Source: Candidatus Methanoperedens sp.
GTDB lineage: Archaea > Halobacteriota > Methanosarcinia > Methanosarcinales > Methanoperedenaceae
Direction: 5' to 3'
Length of the DNA: 32,000 bases
Assembly: GCA_041494705.1 (NCBI GenBank)
Contig: JBGQBI010000004.1
Location: 150,001 to 182,000, forward strand
A program made the translations under genes and the position numbers. Within the stretch, counting starts at the first letter, position 1. Each line of letters opens with the position of its first letter. Positions 18,640 to 28,169 of the stretch are shown one piece after another. The notes beneath the pieces are model-generated. The model was not told the DNA's origin, made no database searches, and saw only the letters and a program-made list of their open reading frames with translations.

Positions 18640-19183
18640 TACACTCCATTATAATATTTTCATGTATAGAGACCGCTTTAATTGAAACCTCAAGTAATAG
18701 TTTATTTTGTTTTGTAAGAAGCATGTATTCGTTTTGAAATGGATCTTCTATTTTGAAGAGATTGTAACCGAATAAATTTATCATCGGGTTCACATATATT
18801 AAATTTGATTTAAGATACATAAAACAGACTACCATAAGTAATAGAACCAATAAAAATATATCTTTTATATTAGAATAATTAATGTTTAAAAATGGAATAA
18901 TGTATGTGACCAAATATTCTAAATAAATATGATTTAAATTTTCCTTGTGTTTAATCGTTATGTGTTTGTAGCCGTCATCTTTCTTAGATTCTCGCAATAA
19001 ATAGTATAAAATAAAATTTGAAAATATTATCACAATAAAAATTAATGAAATTCCAAAAGAAAACGGATTCCATTCGGTTATGACTTCATAATTATCTAAT
19101 AAAATTCTCAAACCTAATAGTGCAAATAACGGGGAATATGCACTTAAAAAGAGAGTGAACCTAACCCATTTCTTTAATGCCAT
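18626..19183 (-). CDS. 185-aa four-TM membrane protein, KwaA-like by architecture
   Basis: The hydrophobic segments are FTLFLSAYSPLFALLGLRILL, FGISLIFIVIIFSNFILYYLL, IYLEYLVTYIIPFL and IFLLVLLLMVVCFMYL. A ~60-aa soluble tail follows. Confidence 0.5.
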   Translation of the reverse strand: MALKKWVRFTLFLSAYSPLFALLGLRILLDNYEVITEWNPFSFGISLIFIVIIFSNFILYYLLRESKKDDGYKHITIKHKENLNHIYLEYLVTYIIPFLNINYSNIKDIFLLVLLLMVVCFMYLKSNLIYVNPMINLFGYNLFKIEDPFQNEYMLLTKQNKLLLEVSIKAVSIHENIIMECNEDD

Positions 19184-19214
19184 ATTATCAACTTATAAAC
19201 TGCATGGATATTTT

Positions 19215-19712
19215 TCACATCTTCCACCTGTCATCCACAGGAAAACACTCTTTAATCCACATAAGCACCTTATTCTCATAGATTATCCTGTATTCCCTTG
19301 AAAGCACGGGAACGTTCCCAAAAAAATCCTGCCGCACAATTTCCATTTTCAGTATATTCCGCCTTGTCTCAAGCTTATGCTCCCGCAGAATCCTTCCTAT
19401 CGGGATATCCGCCCGCATGAGGTCGTCCCTCACTGCCTGCGGCATTCTTTTTACGGGCGCCAGGGATTTTGCCAGAACGTAAATAGTCCCTCCGGCATCC
19501 AATGTAACAAGACGGCTGTTGACCTCGTCCCCGACCTCGATATCAAGAAGCTTTGCGATATCAGGCGTTGCTTTTATCACGCTTTGTTCAAGCGTTTTGA
19601 CTACTACCGTTTTCCCTGTGAGCACCTCAAGAAGCTGCGTGACCGAGCCGTCAGTGCCTGCGCAAATGCGGAGGCATGCGGGAACATCAGGTCTTTTAAG
19701 CGCATCCCACAA
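19215..19712 (-). CDS. Chorismate pyruvate-lyase-like (DUF98/UbiC-fold) protein
   Basis: LRICAGTDGSVTQLLEVLTGKTVVVKTLEQ ... IPIGRILREHKLETRR fits the DUF98/chorismate-lyase pattern. Confidence 0.7.
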   Translation of the reverse strand: MWDALKRPDVPACLRICAGTDGSVTQLLEVLTGKTVVVKTLEQSVIKATPDIAKLLDIEVGDEVNSRLVTLDAGGTIYVLAKSLAPVKRMPQAVRDDLMRADIPIGRILREHKLETRRNILKMEIVRQDFFGNVPVLSREYRIIYENKVLMWIKECFPVDDRWKM

Positions 19713-19714
19713 AT

Positions 19715-20047
19715 TCAGGCTCCCTGCACTTCTTTCTTGGCTTTTGCAAGCCGTTCCTTGGCATTATAACCGGTGGCATCTTCAAGGAAGACCCTGTAGC
19801 GCTTGTTGGTATCGAGAATAACATCGTCTTTAACGTCTTTGTTATATTCGGTTTCCACGCACAGCTTTTTATTATCAACCCGGACAGTTAACGTTTTGAA
19901 AGCACCGTAATTTATTGTGCATTTCCCGTTCTCTTCCTTTATCTGCGCTGGAAAATTCTTCTCAAGCTCTGCCCTGATTCGCCCTGCATCCTGCGAAAAA
20001 CCTCGTTTAAATGAATACTCCTGAATAATATCACCTTCATACCACAA
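19715..20047 (-). CDS. Conserved small hypothetical protein (110 aa)
   Basis: Backbone GC. Its stop lies 2 nt upstream of the DUF98 gene start, so the two are probably co-transcribed. Confidence 0.5.
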   Translation of the reverse strand: MWYEGDIIQEYSFKRGFSQDAGRIRAELEKNFPAQIKEENGKCTINYGAFKTLTVRVDNKKLCVETEYNKDVKDDVILDTNKRYRVFLEDATGYNAKERLAKAKKEVQGA

Positions 20048-20278
20048 GTGTCTGCTTAAGATTAAAAGATTACTAATGAAAATTTAATGATGAGGCGTTT
20101 AGCTGATTCCTTTAAACTTGAACTTACGCAGATTTCAACATTTATCTCTTTTTCAACCACCTCCCGGACTGCAGGATTCACCATTATTGGCAGAAGGCGC
20201 TGTTAACAGAATCCTTTTTGCTATCAAAAACATTAAGTGCTATAATATAAATATTGAATCCAGAATGAAGGAGAAATT

Positions 20279-20812
20279 ATGGCACTACTATCAACATTAG
20301 ATATAATCATGCTGGTTGCAAATATTGTTTTTATTATAATCGCAGTTTTCCTGTTTATACGATTAAGAAAAATCGAGAAAAAACCGGAGCCTGAAATAAA
20401 CCAGCAAACCGAACTTTCAGGAATTACAGACATAACGCCCGTGGAATTTAATCGAGAAAGATTCGGGATAGAGGACAAGGAAATACCGAAGCCCGAAAAA
20501 ACGAGCGAAGCAGGCGAAGAGGAGAAAATAGAGGCAAGTACAATTGCTGAACTTAAGCTTGAAGATGAACTCCCTGAAGTTGAGGAGAAGGAAGCTCCCA
20601 TGAAAAAACGGGCTGCTAAAAAGCCGGAAAAGATTGAATTTAAATTTGAAGAAAAAGAACCTGAAAAAGAAGAAGAGAAGACTGAAAAGAAGCCGGAAAA
20701 AAAGGAGAGTAAAAAGAAGAAACCCGTTAAAAAAGAACCCGCAGCTAAAAAGGAAACCAAACCGGCGCCCGGGAAAAAAGCAGGTAAAAAGAAAAAAGAG
20801 TCCAGCCGCTGA
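20279..20812 (+). CDS. N-terminally membrane-anchored protein with a K/E/P-rich low-complexity tail
   Basis: A single TM (IIMLVANIVFIIIAVFLFI) is followed by ~140 aa of EKKPE/KKE-type charged repeats. The Ser-rich antisense ORF 20233-20760 is its shadow. Confidence 0.55.
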   Translation: MALLSTLDIIMLVANIVFIIIAVFLFIRLRKIEKKPEPEINQQTELSGITDITPVEFNRERFGIEDKEIPKPEKTSEAGEEEKIEASTIAELKLEDELPEVEEKEAPMKKRAAKKPEKIEFKFEEKEPEKEEEKTEKKPEKKESKKKKPVKKEPAAKKETKPAPGKKAGKKKKESSR

Positions 20813-20823
20813 GAATATTTGAC

Positions 20824-22113
20824 CTATTTAGGTCGATAATATTCCCATTTAAGAAGCGCCTGCTGTAATTCCTTGTTTTTCCTGGCATAATCCGAAAGTT
20901 CAATCCCTTCCATTGTTGCTTCGATTGCCTGCATCACAGCTTTTGCCCCTGCGCGTGTTCCTTCCGGGTGCCCGTGTATGCCGCCGCTTACGAGAATCGT
21001 GCAATCATTTCCGAGAATTCCCATTACAGACGGTATTAAACCAGGATGGAGACCGCCTGAAGAAACAGGCAGCGCCGGTTTTATCTTACCCCAATCCTGT
21101 GAAAGGAAAGGCCCTTTTATGTGAGAATCCCGGAGAACATTCGCAATCCCTACTATCTCCTTTTTTGTCCCCACCAGTTTTCCGATTGCAGTCCCTGAAT
21201 GAATTTCATCAACACCGATTAACCGCATAAGTTTTGCAAGGAAATACATCGTCAGCCCATGTTTTGGATTCCGGTCAAATGCAGCGTGCATGGCCCGGTG
21301 GGCATGTATAGCTAGACCCAAATCGCCGCATTCCTCGCGCATGGTCTGGACCGAGGCTGTCCCGCACGTGACCACATCAATCATTGCAAATCTCCATCCG
21401 GAATCGTGAAGCAATTTCGCCTTGCGAATCATTTCTTTTGTTTCACCTGTGATATTAAGGAGGGCATCTTTCTGCTCGCCCGTTTCCTTTTCGGCTTTGT
21501 CCCGCAATTTTGTCATTCGGGAAAGTCTGTCTTCAAAACGGTTAAAAGAAGTCGAGGTCAAATTTTCATCGTCTTTTACAAGGTCAAACCCGCCCATCCA
21601 TGTTTCATACGCTACTTTTGCATGTTCAGCCGCACTGAAGCCGATTTTGGGTTTCGGAACTGCGCCTGTTATGGGTCTTTCTTTTACTTTCAAAAGATTC
21701 CTGATTCCTGAAATACCGTGATGCGGTCCTTTGAAGGAGCTGATATACTTTGCAGGAAGGGAGGCATCTATTAGTCTTAAGTTGCGCAACGCCTTCATGC
21801 CAAAGATGTTACCTGCTATGCCGCTTAAGAGCTGGGGCGCATTTCCCGGTTCCCAGAGGTCAAGCGGATATGCCACTTTTACATATTTCCCATCCTGTTC
21901 AAAAGCCCGTGCTTTAATCTTTTCAACTCTTGCCGGCAAATCGTGGAGGGTTGTCCATGTCCCGGCTGAACTTTCAGAGGCAATTCTCCCGATTGCTTCT
22001 TTTGCGCTTATCCCTTTTGCGGGTTCAAAATAATATAAACATACAAGGTCATTTCTTGAAGGCTTATAGTTAAAATCCACGAATGTATCGTACCAATCGA
22101 TTTTCTCAGTCAT
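20824..22113 (-). CDS. rbcL: Ribulose-1,5-bisphosphate carboxylase, form III large subunit
   Basis: Contains GAVPKPKIG, DLVKDDE (carbamylated Lys), HAHRAMH, HSGT, SSGGLHPG and GGIHGHPEG. ATG 22113 (MTEKIDWYDTF) aligns better with form III N-termini than the TTG at 22143. Confidence 0.92.
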   Translation of the reverse strand: MTEKIDWYDTFVDFNYKPSRNDLVCLYYFEPAKGISAKEAIGRIASESSAGTWTTLHDLPARVEKIKARAFEQDGKYVKVAYPLDLWEPGNAPQLLSGIAGNIFGMKALRNLRLIDASLPAKYISSFKGPHHGISGIRNLLKVKERPITGAVPKPKIGFSAAEHAKVAYETWMGGFDLVKDDENLTSTSFNRFEDRLSRMTKLRDKAEKETGEQKDALLNITGETKEMIRKAKLLHDSGWRFAMIDVVTCGTASVQTMREECGDLGLAIHAHRAMHAAFDRNPKHGLTMYFLAKLMRLIGVDEIHSGTAIGKLVGTKKEIVGIANVLRDSHIKGPFLSQDWGKIKPALPVSSGGLHPGLIPSVMGILGNDCTILVSGGIHGHPEGTRAGAKAVMQAIEATMEGIELSDYARKNKELQQALLKWEYYRPK

Positions 22114-22316
22114 TTGAACATCATCCGGACTGACATATACCAAAACTAACTATTTATAGTTCATGATTTTTAAACATATAATACCAAACTTTCGGCTTTG
22201 AAATCACTGTGAGGCTCGGCGGCGCCGTCTGCGAGCGTGTGGCTGTGCCAGCGTGAGTTTGCAGAGGGGGGCGGCGCGAGACAAAATTTCAAAAAAAATT
22301 ATCCAATTTACTTAAG

Positions 22317-22763
22317 TTATAATACGTCAACCGGAGACACTATATCCACATAATTATTTAACCCACGGCTGGTGAGCATCCTATCGTCTGTGGTAACCAG
22401 CGGAATTTTGAGTATTTTAGCACAAATCACATGCATCAGGTCGCTTTCGGATATTCTATCGTCGGCTTTCCTGAGTTCTGAATAAACCATCATATCATTA
22501 TTTGATGGTACAAAATTCTCAAGCTTCGTAGAAATGAGCATATCCACAACAGCATGGAGGATTTCCGGTTTTATCATTTGCCTTATATTATCAGCATATA
22601 GAATCGAATTGATCATTTCTCCACTTACAAACGGTGAAATATATCCAATAAATACCTCGTTGTGGATACGACTGATAAAACTCTTACATGCCCTTGTATT
22701 TTCGTCCTTAATAACTGCTCCGAGAAAAATACAGCTATCGATAAAAAATCTATTTTTTGGCAT
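22317..22763 (-). CDS. vapC: PIN-domain ribonuclease toxin (VapC-like)
   Basis: Acidic PIN residues occur in FFIDSCIF, SGEMINS and VTTDDRML. 148 aa. Its start overlaps the stop of a small upstream ORF. Confidence 0.75.
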   Translation of the reverse strand: MPKNRFFIDSCIFLGAVIKDENTRACKSFISRIHNEVFIGYISPFVSGEMINSILYADNIRQMIKPEILHAVVDMLISTKLENFVPSNNDMMVYSELRKADDRISESDLMHVICAKILKIPLVTTDDRMLTSRGLNNYVDIVSPVDVL

Positions 22764-22893
22764 GTTTTGCAGGTCTTCTGTGCAGTATATCTAAAGCCGT
22801 CTGCCCGGGAAAAGCCTCTTCAAAAAGTTTCTGGTATCTTTTAAGCCTTTCAGGGTCTTCCCAGAGTCCGCCATACTTATGTTCTTCGCACAT
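22750..22893 (-). CDS. Putative cognate antitoxin (47 aa)
   Basis: An ATG-to-TAG ORF translating to MCEEHKYGGLWEDPERLKRYQKLFEEAFPGQTALDILHRRPAKHAKK. It overlaps the vapC start by 14 nt and is below the track cutoff. Confidence 0.45.
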   Translation of the reverse strand: MCEEHKYGGLWEDPERLKRYQKLFEEAFPGQTALDILHRRPAKHAKK

Positions 22894-22976
22894 GCTTATT
22901 TTACCTGCTATTTGTTATTATTCCCCTTGAATTACTTAATCATTTGTATTCGAATTGGATGCACTGCCAACCATTT

Positions 22977-24446
22977 CTACTCCAGTATCCTCAACAAAAC
23001 CTCCCTCGCCGCCCTCGCATCTGCCCTTCCCTTCGTCTTCTTCATCACAGCTCCCACAAGCGAGTTGAGCGCCTTCTCCTTCCCGGCTTTGAAATCTGCT
23101 ACAGCCTGCGGATTTTCCTTAATGGCTTCTTCCGCCGCTGTTGAAACGATATCCCCTTCAACTTTAAGCAGCCCCTTCTCCGCAACTATTTCATCAGGCG
23201 ACCCACCTTTATCAAGAATAGTCCTGATGATATCCACGGCGCCGTCCTCAGTGATTTTCTTGCTCGCGAGAAGCTCAAGTATCGAAAGCATATTATCTTT
23301 CTTGAAGGAATCGATAGTGAGGTCGCGGTAATTCAATTCACCTTTCAGCACATCAGATATCCAGACCGCCGCCATCCTAGAATCAGCCTTCTTCGCCACA
23401 TCTTCATAGAATATCGCAAGCTTCAACTCCGATGTCAGCGCCTTGGCATGGTCATCCGTAATCCCGTACTGCTCTACAAACCTCATTCGTCGTGCATCAG
23501 GCAATTCAGGCAATGTCTCCTTTATCGCAGGCGCCCAGCCCGAAATCTTCAAAGGCACAAGGTCAGGCTCAGGGAAATAGCGGTAATCGTGCGCCTCTTC
23601 CTTAGAACGCATGGAAAGCGTAATCTCCCTCGCCTCATCAAAATGGCGCGTCTCCAGCACCACAATGCCGCCGCGGCGCAGCACGTTCTTCTGCCGCACA
23701 ATTTCATAGAGCAGCGCGCGCTCAGCGCCTTTGTGCGATGAGATGTTCTTAATCTCGGCGCGCTGGCCTCCCATTATCGAAATATTGGCGTCCACTCTCA
23801 ACGCGCCTTCGAGGTTTCCGTCGAATACATCAAGGTATTCAAGGATGTTGCGCAGCTTGTCAAGATACCTCCGCGCCTCTTTCGGGCTTCGCATATCGGG
23901 GTCGCTCACAACTTCAAGCAGCGCCATGCCCGAGCGGTTGTAATCGATGAGCGTGTATTTCGATTTGTCGATTGTCCCCTCATGCACGAGCCTGCCCGGG
24001 TCTTCTTCCATATGGGCGCGCGTGATACCCACCCTGTGTTCGCCGTCCTCCCCTTCTATCACGATATAGCCCCCGCTTGAAATCGGGAAGTCGTACTGCG
24101 TTATCTGGAAGCCTTTCGGAAGGTCTGGGTAATAATAATTCTTCCTGTAAAATTGAGTGTGTTCCTCTATTTTGCAGTTAAGCGCCAGCCCGACTTTAAT
24201 GGCGGCTTCCACCGCTTTCTTATTAATGACTGGAAGAGCGCCGGGGAGCCCAAGACACACGGGGCATACATGTGAGTTCGGAGGGTCGTTATGATAATCC
24301 GTGGTGCATCCGCAGAATACCTTGGTCTTGAGTTTGTTTAACTGGACGTGGACTTCAAGCCCTATCATTACGCCATCAGGATTCTCGTACTTTGATGAAC
24401 CCTTCGAAAAAGACGGGTTGTTCTTGTTGGGTTCATCAAACATCAC
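22977..24446 (-). CDS. gatB: Asp/Glu-tRNA amidotransferase subunit B
   Basis: [20 protein letters not shown] and a C-terminal YqeY-like tail are present. A 4-nt overlap joins it to gatA. Confidence 0.93.
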   Translation of the reverse strand: MMFDEPNKNNPSFSKGSSKYENPDGVMIGLEVHVQLNKLKTKVFCGCTTDYHNDPPNSHVCPVCLGLPGALPVINKKAVEAAIKVGLALNCKIEEHTQFYRKNYYYPDLPKGFQITQYDFPISSGGYIVIEGEDGEHRVGITRAHMEEDPGRLVHEGTIDKSKYTLIDYNRSGMALLEVVSDPDMRSPKEARRYLDKLRNILEYLDVFDGNLEGALRVDANISIMGGQRAEIKNISSHKGAERALLYEIVRQKNVLRRGGIVVLETRHFDEAREITLSMRSKEEAHDYRYFPEPDLVPLKISGWAPAIKETLPELPDARRMRFVEQYGITDDHAKALTSELKLAIFYEDVAKKADSRMAAVWISDVLKGELNYRDLTIDSFKKDNMLSILELLASKKITEDGAVDIIRTILDKGGSPDEIVAEKGLLKVEGDIVSTAAEEAIKENPQAVADFKAGKEKALNSLVGAVMKKTKGRADARAAREVLLRILE

Positions 24447-25861
24447 AATCCCTCCGGCTCTTGTGTATGGAAATCCGTATTCTCTTCAAACGTGTAAGCT
24501 GTGCGCAGGATTGTAGCTTCGTCAAAGTGCTTCCCTATGACCTGCATCCCGATGGGCAGCCCATGTGAAAAACCGCAAGGTACTGAAATGGACGGGACGC
24601 CCGCAAGGTTTATGGGAACTGTATCCACATCTGCAAGATACAGGGACAGCGGGTCGTCTATTTTTTCACCCAGTTTGAATGCGGGATACGGCATCGTGGG
24701 CGCTATCAGTACATCCGCATCCTTAAATGCCAGTTCAAAATCCCGCTTGATAAGTGTCCGTACCTTCAGCGCCTTTAAGTAATACTTATCGTGATACCCT
24801 GCTGAGAGGGCGTAAGTGCCAAGGAGAATCCTCCTTTTAACCTCATCGCCAAAACCTGCTGCCCTCACCTGCGAGAATGTTGTGTGCCAGTCGCTGTCTT
24901 CGGTGCGTAAACCGTATCTCATGCCGTCAAACCGCGCAAGGTTGGATGAAGCCTCGCTCATGGCGATTATATAATAAGCGGACAGGGCATATTTTGTATG
25001 GGGCATCTTTACCTCGGTTCTGGTCGCGCCCATGTCCTCAAGTTTATGTATTGCATTCCAGACCGCCTTTTCCACATTTTCATCAGTCCCGTCCCCGAAG
25101 TATTCTTCAGGCACGCCGATTTTTAATCCTCTGACATCGTTTTTAAGCGCAGATGAATAATTTACTTCTTTATCAACAGATGTGGAATCGCGGGCATCGT
25201 ATCCTGCAATTACATCAAAAAGCATAGCAACATCGCGAACTGTGGTTGCAAACGGCCCTATCTGCTCAAGCGAGTTGGCATACGATATAAGCCCGTAACG
25301 GGATATGACGCCATACGTTGGTTTTAGCCCCACCACGCCGCAGAACGAGGCTGGGCAGCGCACCGAACCGCCTGTGTCAGAACCAAGAGCAAGAGGGACT
25401 TCACCGCCTGCCACTGCGGCTGCGCTCCCGCCAGACGAACCGCCCGGAACCCTGTCCAAATCCCAGGGATTTCTCGTAGGGCCGTAGAAACTCGTCTCAG
25501 TCGAGGTGCCCATGGCGAACTCATCCATGTTGGTCTTGCCGATAATAATGGCGCCCGCCTCTTTTAGCCTCTCAATCACATGGGCATCGTACGGCGGGAC
25601 GTATCCGCTAAGAATTTTCGAGGCGCATGTTGTCAGGACGCCTTTTGTGGAAATATTGTCCTTGATTGCAACCGGTATGCCTGCAAGAGGACCATCATGC
25701 CCTTCTGAATCGATTTCTTTTGCGCGCGCAAGGGCACTTTCCTTTGCGACGGTGATAAAAGCATTAAGCTTACTGCTGCCAATCCTTTCAAGATATTCCG
25801 CAACAATTTCTTCCGATGACCCTGCATGAATCCGCTCTTTCAATTCATTGATTGTTGCCAT
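24443..25861 (-). CDS. gatA: Glu-tRNA(Gln) amidotransferase subunit A
   Basis: Carries the amidase signature [12 protein letters not shown] and [16 protein letters not shown]. 472 aa. Confidence 0.94.
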   Translation of the reverse strand: MATINELKERIHAGSSEEIVAEYLERIGSSKLNAFITVAKESALARAKEIDSEGHDGPLAGIPVAIKDNISTKGVLTTCASKILSGYVPPYDAHVIERLKEAGAIIIGKTNMDEFAMGTSTETSFYGPTRNPWDLDRVPGGSSGGSAAAVAGGEVPLALGSDTGGSVRCPASFCGVVGLKPTYGVISRYGLISYANSLEQIGPFATTVRDVAMLFDVIAGYDARDSTSVDKEVNYSSALKNDVRGLKIGVPEEYFGDGTDENVEKAVWNAIHKLEDMGATRTEVKMPHTKYALSAYYIIAMSEASSNLARFDGMRYGLRTEDSDWHTTFSQVRAAGFGDEVKRRILLGTYALSAGYHDKYYLKALKVRTLIKRDFELAFKDADVLIAPTMPYPAFKLGEKIDDPLSLYLADVDTVPINLAGVPSISVPCGFSHGLPIGMQVIGKHFDEATILRTAYTFEENTDFHTQEPEGL

Positions 25862-26152
25862 TCACATCATCCTTGGCGCCTTAAAGAACCCGTCCTGCTT
25901 CTTCGGGGCATTTGATAGCGCTTCTTCCTGGGTGAGGGGCTTTGCAGGTGTGTTTATTTCATCCTCCCTGAACACATTGTTCATTGGAAGAATATGATAT
26001 GTGGGCTCAACGCCTTCCGTATCGACCTCGTCGACTTCCCCGAAATAATCAAGAACCGAATTGAGCTTGGGCGTATATTTTTCCTTATCTTCCTCGCTCA
26101 GTTCAAGGCGGGATAACCACGCTATGTGCTCAAGGTCTTTTTTTGCAATCAT
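25862..26152 (-). CDS. gatC: Asp/Glu-tRNA amidotransferase subunit C
   Basis: 96 aa. HIAWLSRLELSEEDKEKYTPKLNSVLDYF is the GatC pattern. It directly abuts gatA. Confidence 0.88.
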   Translation of the reverse strand: MIAKKDLEHIAWLSRLELSEEDKEKYTPKLNSVLDYFGEVDEVDTEGVEPTYHILPMNNVFREDEINTPAKPLTQEEALSNAPKKQDGFFKAPRMM

Positions 26153-26265
26153 AATGTTCTCTGCAATCTGAATTAAATGTATTAAGCCTATCGGCTATAA
26201 ATTAGAGATTTTTTAATTTCTTCTGGGTAAATGAAATCAAGTAAGGATAATCGACCACAGAGCAC

Positions 26266-26317
26266 ACAGAGAGCACAGAGAGTTGTCCCTTTTCTCAGTG
26301 TCCTCTGTGCTCTCTGT
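26266..26317. repeat. Perfect 15-bp inverted repeat (hairpin) built from CACAGAG-type units
   Basis: ACAGAGAGCACAGAG (26266-26280) and CTCTGTGCTCTCTGT (26303-26317) flank a 22-nt loop. A T5 run follows on the + strand (26320-26324). Extra CACAGAG copies lie just 5' of it, at 26255-26270. Confidence 0.7.
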
Positions 26318-26381
26318 GGTTTTTCAAACCAGAAAATAATAAAAAGTCTTATAAATTAACTACTTATGCTGCTTTTTAATC

Positions 26382-27359
26382 CTATGGAACAACCACAACC
26401 TTCAGCGAGTCCTTCGCTTCCCCCGCTATCCTGAAACCCTTCTGGATGTCCACCAATTTTACCATGTGAGTAATCATATCCTTAACATTTACCTTCCCAT
26501 CTTTGATTAACTCAAGAGCCTCCTCCAGGTCAACAGGAGCCGCGCCGTAACTTGATACAAGCGTCAGTTCATTCCTCCAGAAAATCTCATTGGGAATCGA
26601 AATATTCTTATTCGGGATGGCGAAAAGCATAATTATCCCTTTCCTGTCTATGTACCTGAATGCAGCTTCAAAAGCAGGCATCGCCCCGGTACACATTACA
26701 ATCCTGTCCGCTTTTATATCCAGCTCTTCATTTGCATTGAATACTTCATCCGCTCCGCATTCCTCTGCCATCTTTAATCTATACTCGTTAATATCTGTCG
26801 CAATGACTTTTGCTTTTCTTAATTTAGCTATACGTATATTCAAAAGACCGGAAATCCCCGAGCCCATAACCAATACAGTCTGCCCTTCGCCAACCCCGAT
26901 TATCCTCTGCGCCCTCACGACACATGCCAGCGGCTCTATCATTGTCCCTTCTTCGTAAGAAACTTTATCAGGCAGTATGTAAGTACCTTCCTCAACGTTT
27001 ATTTCCGGAACCCTGACGAACTCGCTGAAGCCGCCTGGGTCGTAATTGCCCTTATGCAGCGTCTCACATGCGGTATGATTTCCCGAAAGGCAATATTTGC
27101 ATTCGTTGCACGGGACATGATGGCTTACGAAAACCCGCTGTCCTATTTTGAATTTATCAGATTTTGATTCGACTATCTCACCGGCCATTTCATGACCAAG
27201 CACACGGGGCGCTTTCTTTATCCTGTACCATTCCATAAGGTCTGTCCCGCAGATGCCTGATGCTTTGACTTTGACCAGAATCTCCCCGTTTTTTATTTCA
27301 GGTTTCGGCCTGTCCTCTATCCTGATATCGTTATTGTTATAATATACGGCGGTTTTCAT
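26382..27359 (-). CDS. Zn-dependent medium-chain dehydrogenase (threonine/sorbitol dehydrogenase-like)
   Basis: GICGTDL and GHEMAG are catalytic Zn ligands. CNECKYCLSGNHTAC is the structural Zn loop and VMGSGISG the Rossmann motif. ATG 27359 (MKTAVYY) lies 8 nt after the aldolase stop. Confidence 0.85.
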   Translation of the reverse strand: MKTAVYYNNNDIRIEDRPKPEIKNGEILVKVKASGICGTDLMEWYRIKKAPRVLGHEMAGEIVESKSDKFKIGQRVFVSHHVPCNECKYCLSGNHTACETLHKGNYDPGGFSEFVRVPEINVEEGTYILPDKVSYEEGTMIEPLACVVRAQRIIGVGEGQTVLVMGSGISGLLNIRIAKLRKAKVIATDINEYRLKMAEECGADEVFNANEELDIKADRIVMCTGAMPAFEAAFRYIDRKGIIMLFAIPNKNISIPNEIFWRNELTLVSSYGAAPVDLEEALELIKDGKVNVKDMITHMVKLVDIQKGFRIAGEAKDSLKVVVVP

Positions 27360-27367
27360 TGTTCGCT

Positions 27368-28147
27368 CTATTTGGATTGTTCGTATATCCCGCAAGCCTC
27401 ATCCACAGACTTACCTTCATGAACGATCGCCCTTACAGCCTGTATCATACCCACAGGACTATCGCTCTGGAAAATATTCCTGCCCATATCCACCCCGACG
27501 GCGCCATCTGAGATTGCATTATAAGCCATTTGCAGGGCTTCCATCTCAGGCAGCTTTTTGCCGCCTGCAATGACAACAGGAACATTACCGCACGCTTCGA
27601 CCACTTTCCCGAAATCTTCGGTATAATATGTTTTTATCATGTGCGCGCCCATTTCCACGCAAATCCTTGAGGCAAGGCCGAGATACCGGGCATCACGCGC
27701 CATTTCCTTTCCGACCGCGGTCACTGCCAGGACCGGGATTCCGTATTTTTCCCCTTCGTCCACGAGTTTTGATAAATTATCTATTGTTTCCTTTTCATAT
27801 TCCCCGCCGACATATACCGAGCAAGTGATAGCGGAGGCGTTAATCCGTATTGCATCATCTATATTGGTGGTTATGATTTCATTGGATAATTCTTTCAGGA
27901 TACTCTGCCCGCCCGAGACACGCAAAATTATCGGTATATCCACAGCAGGGTCTATCCAGTTCCTGATTGCGCCCCTGGTTATCATTAACGCATCTGCGTA
28001 CGGCAGCAGCGGCTCAACTGTTTTGCCAAGGTTCGCAAGGCCCGTGGTCGGTCCCTGGAAGTAACCATGGTCAACCGCCAGCATGACGCAGCGCCCTGTT
28101 TTTGGCTTTATTATCCGTGAAATCCTGTTCTTCATTCCCCAGTTCAT
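27368..28147 (-). CDS. DhnA/LsrF-family class I aldolase (LsrF-like)
   Basis: NWGMKNRISRIIKPKTGRCVMLAVDHGYFQGPTTGL, MIKTYY (Schiff-base Lys) and VDMGRNIFQS closely track E. coli LsrF as I recall it. The start ATG at 28147 is preceded by a GGAGG. Confidence 0.82.
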   Translation of the reverse strand: MNWGMKNRISRIIKPKTGRCVMLAVDHGYFQGPTTGLANLGKTVEPLLPYADALMITRGAIRNWIDPAVDIPIILRVSGGQSILKELSNEIITTNIDDAIRINASAITCSVYVGGEYEKETIDNLSKLVDEGEKYGIPVLAVTAVGKEMARDARYLGLASRICVEMGAHMIKTYYTEDFGKVVEACGNVPVVIAGGKKLPEMEALQMAYNAISDGAVGVDMGRNIFQSDSPVGMIQAVRAIVHEGKSVDEACGIYEQSK

Positions 28148-28169
28148 AATTAATATCCTCCTATAGTTT

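Noticed and set aside
20233-20760. A 175-aa Ser/Phe-rich minus-strand ORF.
   Set aside because: It is the reverse-complement shadow of the K/E-rich repeats of the + strand gene at 20279-20812. The + strand frame has a credible N-terminal TM anchor and start context, so it is preferred.
20824-22143. RuBisCO considered as an unusual finding.
   Set aside because: Form III RuBisCO is well known in methanogenic and related archaea. All catalytic motifs are intact and nothing about its context here is atypical enough to flag.
22195-22290. A GC-rich intergenic patch (ggctcggcggcgccgtctgcgagcgtgtggctgtgccagcgtgag...ggggggcggcgcgag) between rbcL and vapC, considered as a possible sRNA or gene remnant.
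   Set aside because: There is no ORF and only 4-bp complementary ends. I saw no convincing similarity to the other GC-rich patch at ~28800-28880. This is insufficient to call a feature.
26254-26320. CACAGAG-type repeats, considered as a possible CRISPR or tandem array.
   Set aside because: There is only one inverted-repeat unit, with no spacer periodicity. It is reported as a hairpin instead.
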